From positions 29,941 to 93,940 of IMG/VR virus record IMGVR_UViG_3300014208_000005: a stretch of 64,000 bases of DNA. The stretch is one strand, 5' to 3'. Below are positions 45,705 to 55,972 of this stretch, piece by piece; positions within the stretch are counted from its first letter, which is position 1; each line of letters opens with the position of its first letter. The notes beneath the pieces are model-generated. The model was not told the DNA's origin, did not search any database, and worked only from the letters and a program-made list of their open reading frames with translations. The position numbers and the translations under genes are program-made. Source of the DNA: a virus.

Positions 45705-46315
45705 CAGCGTTAGAAATGAAATACAAGTTTGATATTAAGATGCGTCAACTTCTTAAGTCTTTAAATCATCCGTTTAACACGCATGAAATAAACAGACTTT
45801 TGAACGAGGCTCAACTTAAGCTTGTACGTCAGTATGCTGATGTATTTGATAGGAATGAAGACGTCAGGAAAATCTTAGCAGTTTTGGTAGATGCCGGAGA
45901 AGTTACATCATTTGCTGTTGGAAATACATGTCATCCAAACGGAAGATTAGTTACACTAGCAAGCGACGTTCTCAATGTTGTTTCTGAACGAGTTAACAAT
46001 TCTAACGACATTAAAATTAAACCGATGTCTCAGGATGAGTACATTGTAAATATTAAGAATCCATTCAAACAACCAGATGCTAATACCGTTTGGAGATTAG
46101 ACAGACTTGACTCTCAAGAATTAATAACAGATGGAATTGTTGGAATTATATCGTACCAGTACGACTACATCAAAATGCCTCCAGACATTAACATTGATAC
46201 TGGGGTAGATTGTGCTCTACAGAGTCAGATTCATGAGGACATTATAAATCTTGCCACTGAGTTGGCGCTTATCATCATTAACAGACAATTAACTAAAAAC
46301 AATAACGAAAAATGA
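45701..46315 (+). CDS. Head-tail ring/adaptor protein (paralog)
   Basis: EI..LLNEAQ, KNPFKQP...VWRLD, YIK.P, C.L...IHEDII..A. Confidence 0.7.
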   Translation: MTALEMKYKFDIKMRQLLKSLNHPFNTHEINRLLNEAQLKLVRQYADVFDRNEDVRKILAVLVDAGEVTSFAVGNTCHPNGRLVTLASDVLNVVSERVNNSNDIKIKPMSQDEYIVNIKNPFKQPDANTVWRLDRLDSQELITDGIVGIISYQYDYIKMPPDINIDTGVDCALQSQIHEDIINLATELALIIINRQLTKNNNEK

Positions 46316-47094
46316 AACGATTATTTTCAATTCTAATCATGCTGTTTGTTTCCACAATCCTTCTTGGACAAGTAGTAACTAATTACAAAGAGGGGGATTT
46401 TACAGGTAAACAACTTAAAGCCAAATCTTGGAAGTTTGACAATAACTGGCTTATTGATAAAGGTGCGACCGGAACTATTAGTTGGAAATACAACGGAACT
46501 GCTGTAGCTACAATGACTTCAGCTGGAACATTCGCTCCTACAGCACTTAGTACTGCAACTTTAACTGGAACCACAACTACGGGAACTACTATTACAGCCA
46601 CAACTACTCTTGGTGTAGGGTCTCAAACTTTAACACAGACCAATACAAATATGGCTACGCTCAATAATTCTTTGAAAGTAACTGATACTCTGTTCCTTGG
46701 AGGTGTTGTTCAATATTTGATGAGGACCGCTGGAAACAGTAATAGGATTAATTTTGAAGGTTCTGTAGCAACTGGCGCAAGTGATACTATTACTGCAGGA
46801 CTTGGTGAACTTACGTCTCTTAAAGTTTCTGGGACATCATTACTCTCCGGAGCAGTAACTGCATCTGTATTACCTACATTTAGTATTGCTGCAGGACAAG
46901 TAACAATGCCTGCTGCAGATACAATTGGATTCGCAGTTGCTGGACTTACTACTAATGCAATTGTATTAGTATCTCCAGTAGGAATTCTCGCCACAACTGA
47001 TACAATGCCGTATGTAAAAACAGTTCGTGCTGGATGGCTTACACTGGGAGGGAAATACGCCAGTGTTTCAAATTACTGGATTCCAAAGAAATAA
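46312..47094 (+). CDS. Thr-rich fibre/decoration-like protein with N-terminal signal peptide
   Basis: MKRLFSILIMLFVSTILLG-Q then a Thr/Ala/Gly-rich beta-strand-like body. Confidence 0.6.
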   Translation: MKRLFSILIMLFVSTILLGQVVTNYKEGDFTGKQLKAKSWKFDNNWLIDKGATGTISWKYNGTAVATMTSAGTFAPTALSTATLTGTTTTGTTITATTTLGVGSQTLTQTNTNMATLNNSLKVTDTLFLGGVVQYLMRTAGNSNRINFEGSVATGASDTITAGLGELTSLKVSGTSLLSGAVTASVLPTFSIAAGQVTMPAADTIGFAVAGLTTNAIVLVSPVGILATTDTMPYVKTVRAGWLTLGGKYASVSNYWIPKK

Positions 47095-47143
47095 CTATTT
47101 TTAATTTTTGATTTTTTTTTATTAACTTAATACAAAACTAACA

Positions 47144-48442
47144 ATGAATCTTTATAATCAAAAGAACATTCTCAGCGTAATTGTTGGGAAAAACGAAACC
47201 TATGTTGCGGAAGATGTTTTAATTGATAACTACGCCGATCTTAATGACGGTAATGTAGCAATTATAGACTTGGATAATGTCGTTAGAGATACTGCTGCTG
47301 GGTCAGCCTTGGCTGCAACTGAAATACTTAGGTTCGTGACCAGAGTCGGAAATCAACTTATTTACACACCTCATTTTAAAGTTGGAGACATTGTTTCAAT
47401 GACTGCTAAGGGATATTTAGCCGCTACACAGCAAGTATCATATCTTGGCTACGTTGGTAGCGGAACTGGAAACATTGAAGCAATTGACAACAATGAATAC
47501 ATTTTGCGTGTTCTCGTTGAAGGAACAACTGCTCAGTTTGGTAACAAACAGATGTACAAGTTTGGTGCTTACAAATCAGGTAATGCCGCAACTTCTGCTG
47601 AAGTAGCGATTGGTTTGGTTGACAATCTTGTTTACAATTTTAAACGTGAGCCTATTTCAACAATTAAATTTCAGGCTATTTGTAATGTAGCGGTAACTAC
47701 TGCTAATGGATTCAAAACTGGTCAGGAAGTAACTGTTGTTAATGGTGAGAATTTTGTAACCTGTGAAACTGACGTTACTTACACGGCAGCTGGAAGTTCT
47801 ACTTTGGTTGCTGGTGACTATCTTAGGATTGGTTCTGCAACTGATACTAACGCTGCTATGACACTAACATCTGGTGTCTATGAAGTAACAAGCATTAGTG
47901 GAACTACAGTTTATCTTGATAGGCCTGTAACTGCTGCTTCTGGAACTTATGATGATGCTGGTGGAACACCTACAATTGAGGTTATCCCATCCGCTACTGG
48001 ATTGGCTGCTACTTGGGGTATTAAATGTACCGGTATTGCAGCGTCTAATTTTAAACCTGGTGTGTTTGATGACCAGCTGGTACGTTTCAAACTGGAACCT
48101 GAAGGAATGGGCGCTACTGCTGTGACTTACACAACTGCTGCTGTTAAGGGCTATGGTACTTACAGTCAAATTGCTGAGCTTGAATGGTTTGCACAAGGTA
48201 ATCTTACTCACGGATTTAGAGTTGATACTCCTCCTGTAACCTTACACGCACAAGCTGCTTCTGGTAGTACTTACGAAACTATTACTATCAAGTACAAGAT
48301 TCGTGGTGGTGGTCAGGATAGTGTAACTGGAACTACTCCAGACTCTTATGGGGAAATCCTCTTGGCTTTTGTTGTGAATTCAGACTGTGGAGATAAGATT
48401 CACGCCACTCTTACTGAGTATCTTACTCTTGCCGCTTGGTAA
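47144..48442 (+). CDS. Auxiliary capsid-type structural protein
   Basis: 432 aa; G.GTY.QIAELEWFAQG motif; followed by a strong terminator. Confidence 0.65.
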   Translation: MNLYNQKNILSVIVGKNETYVAEDVLIDNYADLNDGNVAIIDLDNVVRDTAAGSALAATEILRFVTRVGNQLIYTPHFKVGDIVSMTAKGYLAATQQVSYLGYVGSGTGNIEAIDNNEYILRVLVEGTTAQFGNKQMYKFGAYKSGNAATSAEVAIGLVDNLVYNFKREPISTIKFQAICNVAVTTANGFKTGQEVTVVNGENFVTCETDVTYTAAGSSTLVAGDYLRIGSATDTNAAMTLTSGVYEVTSISGTTVYLDRPVTAASGTYDDAGGTPTIEVIPSATGLAATWGIKCTGIAASNFKPGVFDDQLVRFKLEPEGMGATAVTYTTAAVKGYGTYSQIAELEWFAQGNLTHGFRVDTPPVTLHAQAASGSTYETITIKYKIRGGGQDSVTGTTPDSYGEILLAFVVNSDCGDKIHATLTEYLTLAAW

Positions 48443-48460
48443 CAACTAATAATTAAATCT

Positions 48461-48512
48461 GAAAAATGGGGTGAGCTTCGGTTCACCCCAAATTTCAATC
48501 TTTTCTTTTTTT
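48461..48512 (+). terminator. Intrinsic terminator with cUUCGg loop
   Basis: TGGGGTGAGC-TTCG-GTTCACCCCA followed by a T-rich tract. Confidence 0.8.
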
Positions 48513-48536
48513 GCTTACTAATTTTAAATTTTAAAA

Positions 48537-49169
48537 ATGGCATTAGCATTAAGCCTTAGTTATTTACAACAAGATAGTTGCGGAGAGTTGGTGCTTACAG
48601 ATACGTCTGGTGCCTACAATGTGACTACAAATCCTACTGGCTGGGGTTCTCCTAATTTAGCTTGTGATACCGGCGCAATAACTTACGCTGAGATAATTAT
48701 TAAAACCTACACTGACTCACTAACTTTATCTGATACGTCAACAGTTGACGTTATTGCAGACTGGAAAACATTGACTACATTAACGTCTGCAGCATTCGAT
48801 ACTGGAACCACAGTGTCAAACATGATTTACACAATTCCTCTGAACTTACCAGATGGAGTTCATCAGATTACTTATCAAGTTGGAGATGGGGCAACTTACG
48901 CCAACTCAACAAATCAAGCAACGATTACTTACAACATCGCAACTTACTGTAACATAGAATGTTGCGTCGAGCAATATCTAGCAGACTTGCACAATAATTA
49001 CACGTGTGTAACGTGCAATAACGATTACCTTAATAAGACACAAATCCTTTGGACTCTATTGCAAGCACTAAAACTGGCGGCATGTAGTTCAAACATTGAT
49101 ACTTATTTAACAATATTAGAAACACTGCAGACAGCATGTTCTGATGCTGGTTCTACGTGTTGTTCATAA
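48537..49169 (+). CDS. Cys-rich tail hub/collar-like structural protein
   Basis: D.SG.Y....NPTGWG, DG...ITY, C..ECCV...C..C motifs; synteny. Confidence 0.55.
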   Translation: MALALSLSYLQQDSCGELVLTDTSGAYNVTTNPTGWGSPNLACDTGAITYAEIIIKTYTDSLTLSDTSTVDVIADWKTLTTLTSAAFDTGTTVSNMIYTIPLNLPDGVHQITYQVGDGATYANSTNQATITYNIATYCNIECCVEQYLADLHNNYTCVTCNNDYLNKTQILWTLLQALKLAACSSNIDTYLTILETLQTACSDAGSTCCS

Positions 49170-49189
49170 CCCTTTAATAATCAGTTGAT

Positions 49190-49750
49190 ATGAGCTGCCA
49201 AAGCACTTACAGCCCCCCGATAACTCTCCCAACAGCATTACCAGGAAGCACTGGAGCAACTGGTGCAGCTGGAGCTGATGGGAATAGGGTATTAATAAAT
49301 TCTTCAGGAACTTCCAGCGGAACTGGAAATCAATCTATTGTTACTGATTCAATGACTGGTGGAACTATTACACAATATGACAATATTGAATATGAGGCTT
49401 ATTGTAGGTTCACTACGTCGTATGTTGGGACGGTGTATTTCAAATTGGGAACTGAAACAATATTAACCCATTCAATTGGGGCAAATGATGTTTACACTCC
49501 ACCTGTTGGAAAAACTGAATTTGTTCTGTTACTTAAAGCAAGAGTAACCTTTAAAACAACTGCTACAGAAGATTATGTCTCTTCAATCGAAGCTGTGGAA
49601 GATTCTGTAACAAAGGTCACAAATCCATTAGTTTCATGTACAGAGAATTCTGCAAATGCACTTGATTTAGTGTTAGGATGTAATCCTTCTGCTGGCACAG
49701 TAACATGTGATTATTTTATTGTAACAAGATCAAAAGCTAATTTGATTTAA
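49190..49750 (+). CDS. Fibre-like structural protein with short collagen-like GXY run
   Basis: GSTGATGAAGADG near the N-terminus. Confidence 0.55.
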   Translation: MSCQSTYSPPITLPTALPGSTGATGAAGADGNRVLINSSGTSSGTGNQSIVTDSMTGGTITQYDNIEYEAYCRFTTSYVGTVYFKLGTETILTHSIGANDVYTPPVGKTEFVLLLKARVTFKTTATEDYVSSIEAVEDSVTKVTNPLVSCTENSANALDLVLGCNPSAGTVTCDYFIVTRSKANLI

Positions 49751-49753
49751 AAA

Positions 49754-51001
49754 ATGGCAATACAGAAAATACAGATGTTGGCAGCTGGTGGTACAACTAC
49801 TATTGCCGACAACAACATATTTAATTCTTACTACGTTTACACGGCCGCCACAGTAACGTTATCTTCCAGCTTTACCGTCACAATGGCAACACCCAGGAAT
49901 GGGCAAAGAGTTAGGTTTGAATACAATCCTGGAACAGTTACTTTAGGAGGTAACACAATAACGTTTATGGGAGTTACAATGCCAGATGATTACGCTTCAA
50001 AAAAAGTAAATGTTGATTGTTACTACAACGGTTCAGCATGGACAGTTGACTACACTCCGGCATTTCAGGAAAGCGATATTGTTACTTCTGCGATGATTAA
50101 AGACGTCGCAGTTGCCAAAGTCACAGGAACTGCTTCAAAACTCATGGAATTTACAGCTGGTGGAGTAGGTCAGGCATCAGCGACTACTACGACTGAAGCT
50201 GCATTTCTTGCAGGAGCTGTCGCTGGAACAGTTGCGGTTAATAAAGTAATCATCCCCACAACAGGCAAAGTCATTGATGAAATTGATGTCACCTTACTGA
50301 AAAAGGGTGGAACTACGATAACTTCAACTGGAGCAGAACTTAATAAATTAACTGGAGTTACAGCAACACCTGCGGAAATAAATGTAGTCGCAGGAGTTAC
50401 TGCCGGAACAGTCACTGCAAGTAAAGCCGTTGTGGTTAGTGCTGCTGGTAAGGTTGATACATGGGACCCAACAGTCCTTAAAATAAACGGACAAACAGTT
50501 ACAGCATCAGGAACAGAGTTATCTGAACTAAATTCTGCTGGAGTTGTAAACGCGGATTTTGTTGTTCTTAAAGACTTAGCCGCAAACGGAGTAGTTGAAG
50601 CAGATCTTGCTTTAATAGCTGGTGCAGCGTCTGCAGGATTAACCGCCGCAGACCTACAAGGAGTTGCTACAGATGCTGCTGCAAGAGTTCGTGTAAAAAC
50701 TGCTACTGTAATTACAGACGGTTCTATTGACAATGCTACTGGAGTTGTGTGTTTAACATTAACTGCTGATACCTCATTAACTTTGGCTGACGGTTCTACA
50801 AATTCTAAACAAGTAATAGATGTTATTATTGTAGCAAACGCCGCCTCAGCATTTGATGTAACTTTTACAGACACTGGTTCCACATTTTATTATGCTGGAA
50901 CATCAGCAAGTGATACAATAACAATTGCAACGCCAGCACCAGGTTCAATGATTAAGCTGGTTAATTCAGATACAAATAAGTGGGTAATAGGAACAACGTA
51001 A
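49754..51001 (+). CDS. Tail/head fibre protein
   Basis: Ala/Thr/Gly/Val-rich with repeated AELN.L.G.T / GTV.ASKAV units. Confidence 0.7.
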   Translation: MAIQKIQMLAAGGTTTIADNNIFNSYYVYTAATVTLSSSFTVTMATPRNGQRVRFEYNPGTVTLGGNTITFMGVTMPDDYASKKVNVDCYYNGSAWTVDYTPAFQESDIVTSAMIKDVAVAKVTGTASKLMEFTAGGVGQASATTTTEAAFLAGAVAGTVAVNKVIIPTTGKVIDEIDVTLLKKGGTTITSTGAELNKLTGVTATPAEINVVAGVTAGTVTASKAVVVSAAGKVDTWDPTVLKINGQTVTASGTELSELNSAGVVNADFVVLKDLAANGVVEADLALIAGAASAGLTAADLQGVATDAAARVRVKTATVITDGSIDNATGVVCLTLTADTSLTLADGSTNSKQVIDVIIVANAASAFDVTFTDTGSTFYYAGTSASDTITIATPAPGSMIKLVNSDTNKWVIGTT

Positions 51002-51004
51002 AAT

Positions 51005-51538
51005 ATGAGCGCATACAACGATTACATGGTCAAAGTATCAACGTACTTCGTTGCACTTGCAGACCATTATTGTAAATTACTATCTCAAGGCGTAGATGAT
51101 TGTTGTGTCAAGATGAAATTAAACATCTTGGCTATGTATTTGGATACTATTCCAAGAGTTAGCAATGAGAATTGCCTTACCAACGCACAACTCGCCGCAA
51201 TTTCAAATCACATCAATGAATTAACAGGTTATTCTGGTTGGGGAACGTTAACAAATACAAACGTAATAACTCCTCCAACATCAATCGTCGTCTCCAGTAG
51301 TTCCGCAGTATTACCTGTAGCATGGAACATTACAATAGGTACTGCTCCAACAATAGTCACGTTTGACCACACGTTAGGAGTCGGAGGAACAAGTTGGGCA
51401 ATGACTTACATCGCAACGACATCCGGAGGAGATTCTGTATTTGTGAAGTCTATTACAAATAGAACTTCAAGCGGATTCACCGTTGATGCCTATGAAGATA
51501 ATGTAAATTTTGAAGGTTCAGCAACATTAATTGTTTAA
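51005..51538 (+). CDS. Structural protein (hub/fibre adaptor-like)
   Basis: Cys-containing N-domain (NCLT..QL) plus gp53-like C-terminal beta domain (NRTSSGFTV). Confidence 0.55.
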   Translation: MSAYNDYMVKVSTYFVALADHYCKLLSQGVDDCCVKMKLNILAMYLDTIPRVSNENCLTNAQLAAISNHINELTGYSGWGTLTNTNVITPPTSIVVSSSSAVLPVAWNITIGTAPTIVTFDHTLGVGGTSWAMTYIATTSGGDSVFVKSITNRTSSGFTVDAYEDNVNFEGSATLIV

Positions 51539-51539
51539 T

Positions 51540-54290
51540 ATGAAGAAACTTTTTTTATTATTATTATTTTTATTACCTTTATTTGTATTAGCCCAAGCTC
51601 CGATTAAGACGGTTAAGCTCACTGCTAATGAAATTTATTTTGCAGCACCAACACTATCATCTAAAGATTGGATGATGGTGGTTGATACTGTTACTGGAAA
51701 GGCTTACGTTAGACGCGTTAGTGATTTAGTTAGTGGTCTTACAATAGATACAACACATTTTCTACACAGTTCAGATTTGTTGTGGCAATACGACACAGAT
51801 AGTGTTCTTGTAAATAAGAATGTAAATGGTAAAATAAGAATAAAAACTGTTGAACCAGGCTCAGCTTCGGACAACTTATTAACTAGAACATCTGGCGGAG
51901 ACATACAAGAAATATCTGCTTCTACAATCTCAACACAATGGTACGAAGGAAGTGAGGTATTATACTATATTAATAAACCGTTTGTAGGTATTGGAACTAG
52001 TAACCCAACAACCGCATTAACAGTTGTAGGAACAACTATGGTCGATGATTTGACTGTAAACGCTGATGCTAATGTATTCGGGTCATTAGAAGTTGCAGAC
52101 AGTGTTTATCTCCCCCCCGTAATAACCTCGCCAAAATCATTTTCCGCTGTCTCTGATTTTACAATGGTTTTCATCGGAGATATGCACCAGGTAATCCCGA
52201 CAAACAACTGGTCAATCGCTGCCAATTCAATTACCCGCTGGATTAAGGCGCACAAAGTTGATAGCAATATTGTAGCAGTTATGGTCGGGGGGGATATTTC
52301 AAATGAAGACGCCGAATGGGTGCAGGCCATAAAAGGATTTGATACGCTGGCAGTAAGTGGGATTCCTTACATTGCCTCGATGGGTAACCATGACTATACC
52401 GACTTACCTACACGTGACCGTACCGGGTGGAATACCAATCTACCTGTATCAAGATTCTCGGATGAAACGTGGTACGGAGGTGTACATAATTCTACCACTG
52501 CCAATATGTTCATAAAATTTTCTGTTGGTTCAGATGACTTTCTGATTTTAAGTCTGGAAATCCTGCCTGAAGATGCAGTCCTAACGTGGGCGGATAGTGT
52601 TGTCACGGCCAACTTTGACAGAAAAGTAATTATCTGCACTCACTATTTTTTGAAGTACACCGGATTAAGGGCTACCAGTGCTTATTCTGATTTGGGTGTT
52701 GCTGGGAATAATCCTACGCAGGTGTGGGATGAATTCGTAAAGAACCATGAAAATATTATCATGGTTGTCAATGGTCATGATGTAGGCGGGATTGGGTCTG
52801 CAAAACTTGTCTCTGTTGGTGACAGCGGAAATATTGTCAATCAAATTTACAATAATTATCAGGAAACTACGACCGGGGACATGGTGACCGAAATCATGCT
52901 TTTGAATTTTTCCCCCTCGTCAGGAACCATTAACACCACGGCTTATGCGACGCTTACAAATACTGTCGATACGATTGGGAATTATCATCTACCGTACACC
53001 CCTTCCGTATTTAACATGGATTTAAGGAGTACGGAAAACGTCTTAGCATCAGGGGATATTTCAGCAGCCGGGGTTATTACGGCTGATAGGGGGGTCCAAA
53101 CTTTTGGTGATATTTCAAGTAGCAGTGGACTAAACATTGGAGCAAATGCGAGAATTGATAGCGTATTAACAGTTAAGGGTGAAACCAAGTTAGATTCAAA
53201 TGCTACGGTAAAATATGATTTAACAGTTAAAAAAGATTTATACGTTGATTCAACTGCAAATATTACCGGGGATCTTAACGCCTACGATGATGTTAATATA
53301 TCTAACGACCTGTTTGTCGAAGATACAGTAAGGATTAAAAGTTTAAAACAGCAGACTTCTGTTAGTTTAGATTTGTATGCCACAACAGCCCCAACAATGA
53401 GATTAAAAAGCTATGGCGTCGTACCTTCAATCAGATTTTTCAGAATAAACGGAAGTATCTCAACACCTACGGCCACCACCACCGGACAGGCTATTGGCTC
53501 AATTCAGGGTTGTGGGCATAATGGAACATCCGAAACGCTCAACCGGGCACAATTTGGAATGACAGCGGCAGAAGATTGGACTTCAACAAATAATGGAGCA
53601 TATGCATGGATAGGCACCACCGGGATAGGTACTACTAATCAAGTTGAACGAATTCGCATAACCGATGCTGGCAACGTCGGCATAAACACCACAAACCCAA
53701 CCGCAACTCTTCATGTTGCAAGTAAATCGGCCTCTGCGCCACAGTTCAGGACTTACACATCAGTATTAGGTGAAGCAAGCCCTACTGATTCACTTGGATT
53801 GTACGTAGACCCTACAGGCAAGGTTGGGGTGGGGACTACGGCACCGACATCGCCATTGCACGTTGTTGGCGCAATTTACGGAACAACGACAATTACAGGT
53901 ATTTCAAATATTCAGACAAATCAATATACATCTGCAACAACGGCTGATTTGAAAATTTCATCCCGTATTGCAAAGAGCATACTTTTTGAGACTGAATATG
54001 GTGGTACTGCATCCGAAAAAATGCGAATTACTCCATCGGGTGTTGGCATCGGCACCACGAACCCACAGGCAAAACTCCACATCAAAGACGGGGCAATCAG
54101 GGCGGGGGTGATAGCGTATGCAACCATTGATTCAACCAAGATGATAGCCCCTAAATTCATCGCCACGGCAACAGATACGACCGGAGTAGGTTCAACTGCC
54201 AATGTAGGCTCGATGATGTACTACAACGGACACTTTTACGGGCTGGTGGCTGGTTCACCGCCTGCATGGAAACAACTTGACGCACCGTAA
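51540..54290 (+). CDS. Signal-peptide fibre-like protein with calcineurin-like metallophosphoesterase domain
   Basis: MKKLFLLLLFLLPLFVLA-Q; VGIGT.NP repeats; phosphoesterase motifs IGDMH, GGD, GNHD, THY, NGH; ATG 51540 preferred. Confidence 0.75.
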   Translation: MKKLFLLLLFLLPLFVLAQAPIKTVKLTANEIYFAAPTLSSKDWMMVVDTVTGKAYVRRVSDLVSGLTIDTTHFLHSSDLLWQYDTDSVLVNKNVNGKIRIKTVEPGSASDNLLTRTSGGDIQEISASTISTQWYEGSEVLYYINKPFVGIGTSNPTTALTVVGTTMVDDLTVNADANVFGSLEVADSVYLPPVITSPKSFSAVSDFTMVFIGDMHQVIPTNNWSIAANSITRWIKAHKVDSNIVAVMVGGDISNEDAEWVQAIKGFDTLAVSGIPYIASMGNHDYTDLPTRDRTGWNTNLPVSRFSDETWYGGVHNSTTANMFIKFSVGSDDFLILSLEILPEDAVLTWADSVVTANFDRKVIICTHYFLKYTGLRATSAYSDLGVAGNNPTQVWDEFVKNHENIIMVVNGHDVGGIGSAKLVSVGDSGNIVNQIYNNYQETTTGDMVTEIMLLNFSPSSGTINTTAYATLTNTVDTIGNYHLPYTPSVFNMDLRSTENVLASGDISAAGVITADRGVQTFGDISSSSGLNIGANARIDSVLTVKGETKLDSNATVKYDLTVKKDLYVDSTANITGDLNAYDDVNISNDLFVEDTVRIKSLKQQTSVSLDLYATTAPTMRLKSYGVVPSIRFFRINGSISTPTATTTGQAIGSIQGCGHNGTSETLNRAQFGMTAAEDWTSTNNGAYAWIGTTGIGTTNQVERIRITDAGNVGINTTNPTATLHVASKSASAPQFRTYTSVLGEASPTDSLGLYVDPTGKVGVGTTAPTSPLHVVGAIYGTTTITGISNIQTNQYTSATTADLKISSRIAKSILFETEYGGTASEKMRITPSGVGIGTTNPQAKLHIKDGAIRAGVIAYATIDSTKMIAPKFIATATDTTGVGSTANVGSMMYYNGHFYGLVAGSPPAWKQLDAP

Positions 54291-54302
54291 TAAGGATTTA
54301 TT

Positions 54303-54638
54303 ATGAAACTATCACAATCACAACGGATATTCAGCCTGAACTTAGCCAAACTCATAATTTGGATATACGACAACGGCATGGAGTGTACAATGGGAGAGGT
54401 TTTGCGCACCCAAGAACAGCAAGAAATCTATGTGAAGTCCGGTAAGTCGAAGACAAGCAATAGTAAACATTTGCTGAAATTGGCGGCGGATATTAACCTG
54501 TTCATTGGTGGCGAATACAAGACTGATAAGGAGAGTTACAAAGAAATGGCCAAATATTGGAAAAGTTTACACGAAAATAATGTGGCTGGTTATGATTGGG
54601 GATGGGATAGTAATCATTTTGAAATGAAGCCACAATGA
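54303..54638 (+). CDS. Endolysin, M15-family (L-Ala-D-Glu-type) peptidase
   Basis: RTQEQQ...SKH...LAAD...WDSNHFE zinc-peptidase motifs. Confidence 0.85.
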   Translation: MKLSQSQRIFSLNLAKLIIWIYDNGMECTMGEVLRTQEQQEIYVKSGKSKTSNSKHLLKLAADINLFIGGEYKTDKESYKEMAKYWKSLHENNVAGYDWGWDSNHFEMKPQ

Positions 54639-54892
54639 AATGGCTTAAAGAAAACGTTTCTTTACTAACCTTATTCTCTGTAATCATCTCCTTATGTGTT
54701 TACATTTATCAAAATGACAGGAGTAATAATAAAGAAGAGCATCAGAAACTTGAAGTAAAAATCGACAAAGTGATTGAAAAAATGGATAATAACGAAATTC
54801 AAAAATATGAAAGATGGGAACAGATAATAAGCGATTTACAAGACTCTTTAAACAAAAAGAAACAACCATTAAAGAGGTTTCAGACAAAATAA
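54635..54892 (+). CDS. Single-TM coiled-coil protein (lysis-associated?)
   Basis: N-terminal hydrophobic helix then heptads. Confidence 0.5.
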   Translation: MKWLKENVSLLTLFSVIISLCVYIYQNDRSNNKEEHQKLEVKIDKVIEKMDNNEIQKYERWEQIISDLQDSLNKKKQPLKRFQTK

Positions 54893-55281
54893 AAAGATTA
54901 GGCGAATTAACAGAACACATTGTTCAACTTAAAGACATCGCAACATTTAAAGAAAATAAAGTCAATTATTTAACAGACTTTGGTTCGTGTGAAGGAGTTG
55001 GAGTATTTAAGAATAAACATGTTGCAGTTCAAATATCTGAAATGTCAAAAGAAACAAAGTTACTTTGTCACGAACATATTGAGACTGAAATTTTAGTACT
55101 GTACGAAGGAGACTTATTAATAACCTTTCCAAAATATTCTACCAACGTTGTTATCGGAGAACCTTTAACAATTCACCCAGGAACTCCACATGAAGCATCT
55201 ACAAATAGCGGATGTAAAGTGGTTGCAATAACTATCCCAGCATCTACAGGTTATCCACAATCTAACATTACTACAATATGA
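54814..55281 (+). CDS. Cupin-domain protein
   Basis: HEH...E...LYEG.L and I.PGTPH cupin motifs. Confidence 0.7.
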   Translation: MGTDNKRFTRLFKQKETTIKEVSDKIKRLGELTEHIVQLKDIATFKENKVNYLTDFGSCEGVGVFKNKHVAVQISEMSKETKLLCHEHIETEILVLYEGDLLITFPKYSTNVVIGEPLTIHPGTPHEASTNSGCKVVAITIPASTGYPQSNITTI

Positions 55282-55598
55282 CAGAGCAAATTCATTATGT
55301 AAGTGTGGTTCAAGACCCAATTTTCTGGACCGTAATCGGATTCATCCTGGCGGCAATAGCCTTACTCTACAAACTTATCTACAATCTCAATGAAAAGTTA
55401 ACTAAAGCAACGACATCTTTAACGGTTGGAATGGATAACTTAGTTAAAGTCTTGGATAAATTTCTGGAAGATCGTAAAGATAAAGACGAGAAATACTACG
55501 AATGGAAAGAAAAAGTAGACGAAGTTAAGATTCAACATAAAATGATGACTAATGCTGCACAAATTATTAAATCTCACGAACAAAAAGAATCTGATTGA
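55278..55598 (+). CDS. Single-TM coiled-coil protein (holin-like?)
   Basis: PIFWTVIGFILAAIALLY then coiled coil. Confidence 0.5.
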   Translation: MTEQIHYVSVVQDPIFWTVIGFILAAIALLYKLIYNLNEKLTKATTSLTVGMDNLVKVLDKFLEDRKDKDEKYYEWKEKVDEVKIQHKMMTNAAQIIKSHEQKESD

Positions 55599-55776
55599 TG
55601 TTAGTATTGCAGCGAGAAATAAGATTAATGAACTTTATGACGAAGATTTAAAGGACGCAATCTGTGAAAACTTACATGAATTAGAAAGGGAACTAAATTT
55701 TGTTGACCAACAACTGAGAATATTTATTAACTTAAAACAAAAACAAAATGATAAGATTAGATTACATGACACTTGA
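55552..55776 (+). CDS. Hypothetical protein
   Basis: 74 aa, fills the gap. Confidence 0.45.
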   Translation: MLHKLLNLTNKKNLIDVSIAARNKINELYDEDLKDAICENLHELERELNFVDQQLRIFINLKQKQNDKIRLHDT

Positions 55777-55972
55777 TGAGGCTCGGTACATTATCGACCA
55801 TCAAACAGAAGAAACTGATGCTACAGCGGAAGAATTGTTGTTTTATTACAATCTTACAATTGACTTACAGGAAGACTTTGAATCCTTTGACCCTAATACA
55901 GACGAAAAAGTAAGCGGAGAAGCTTTAAAAGAAAAAATACTCAGCGATTATTCACCAATGAAAATAAAGTAA
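55748..55972 (+). CDS. Hypothetical acidic protein
   Basis: 74 aa, TAATG coupling. Confidence 0.5.
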   Translation: MIRLDYMTLDEARYIIDHQTEETDATAEELLFYYNLTIDLQEDFESFDPNTDEKVSGEALKEKILSDYSPMKIK

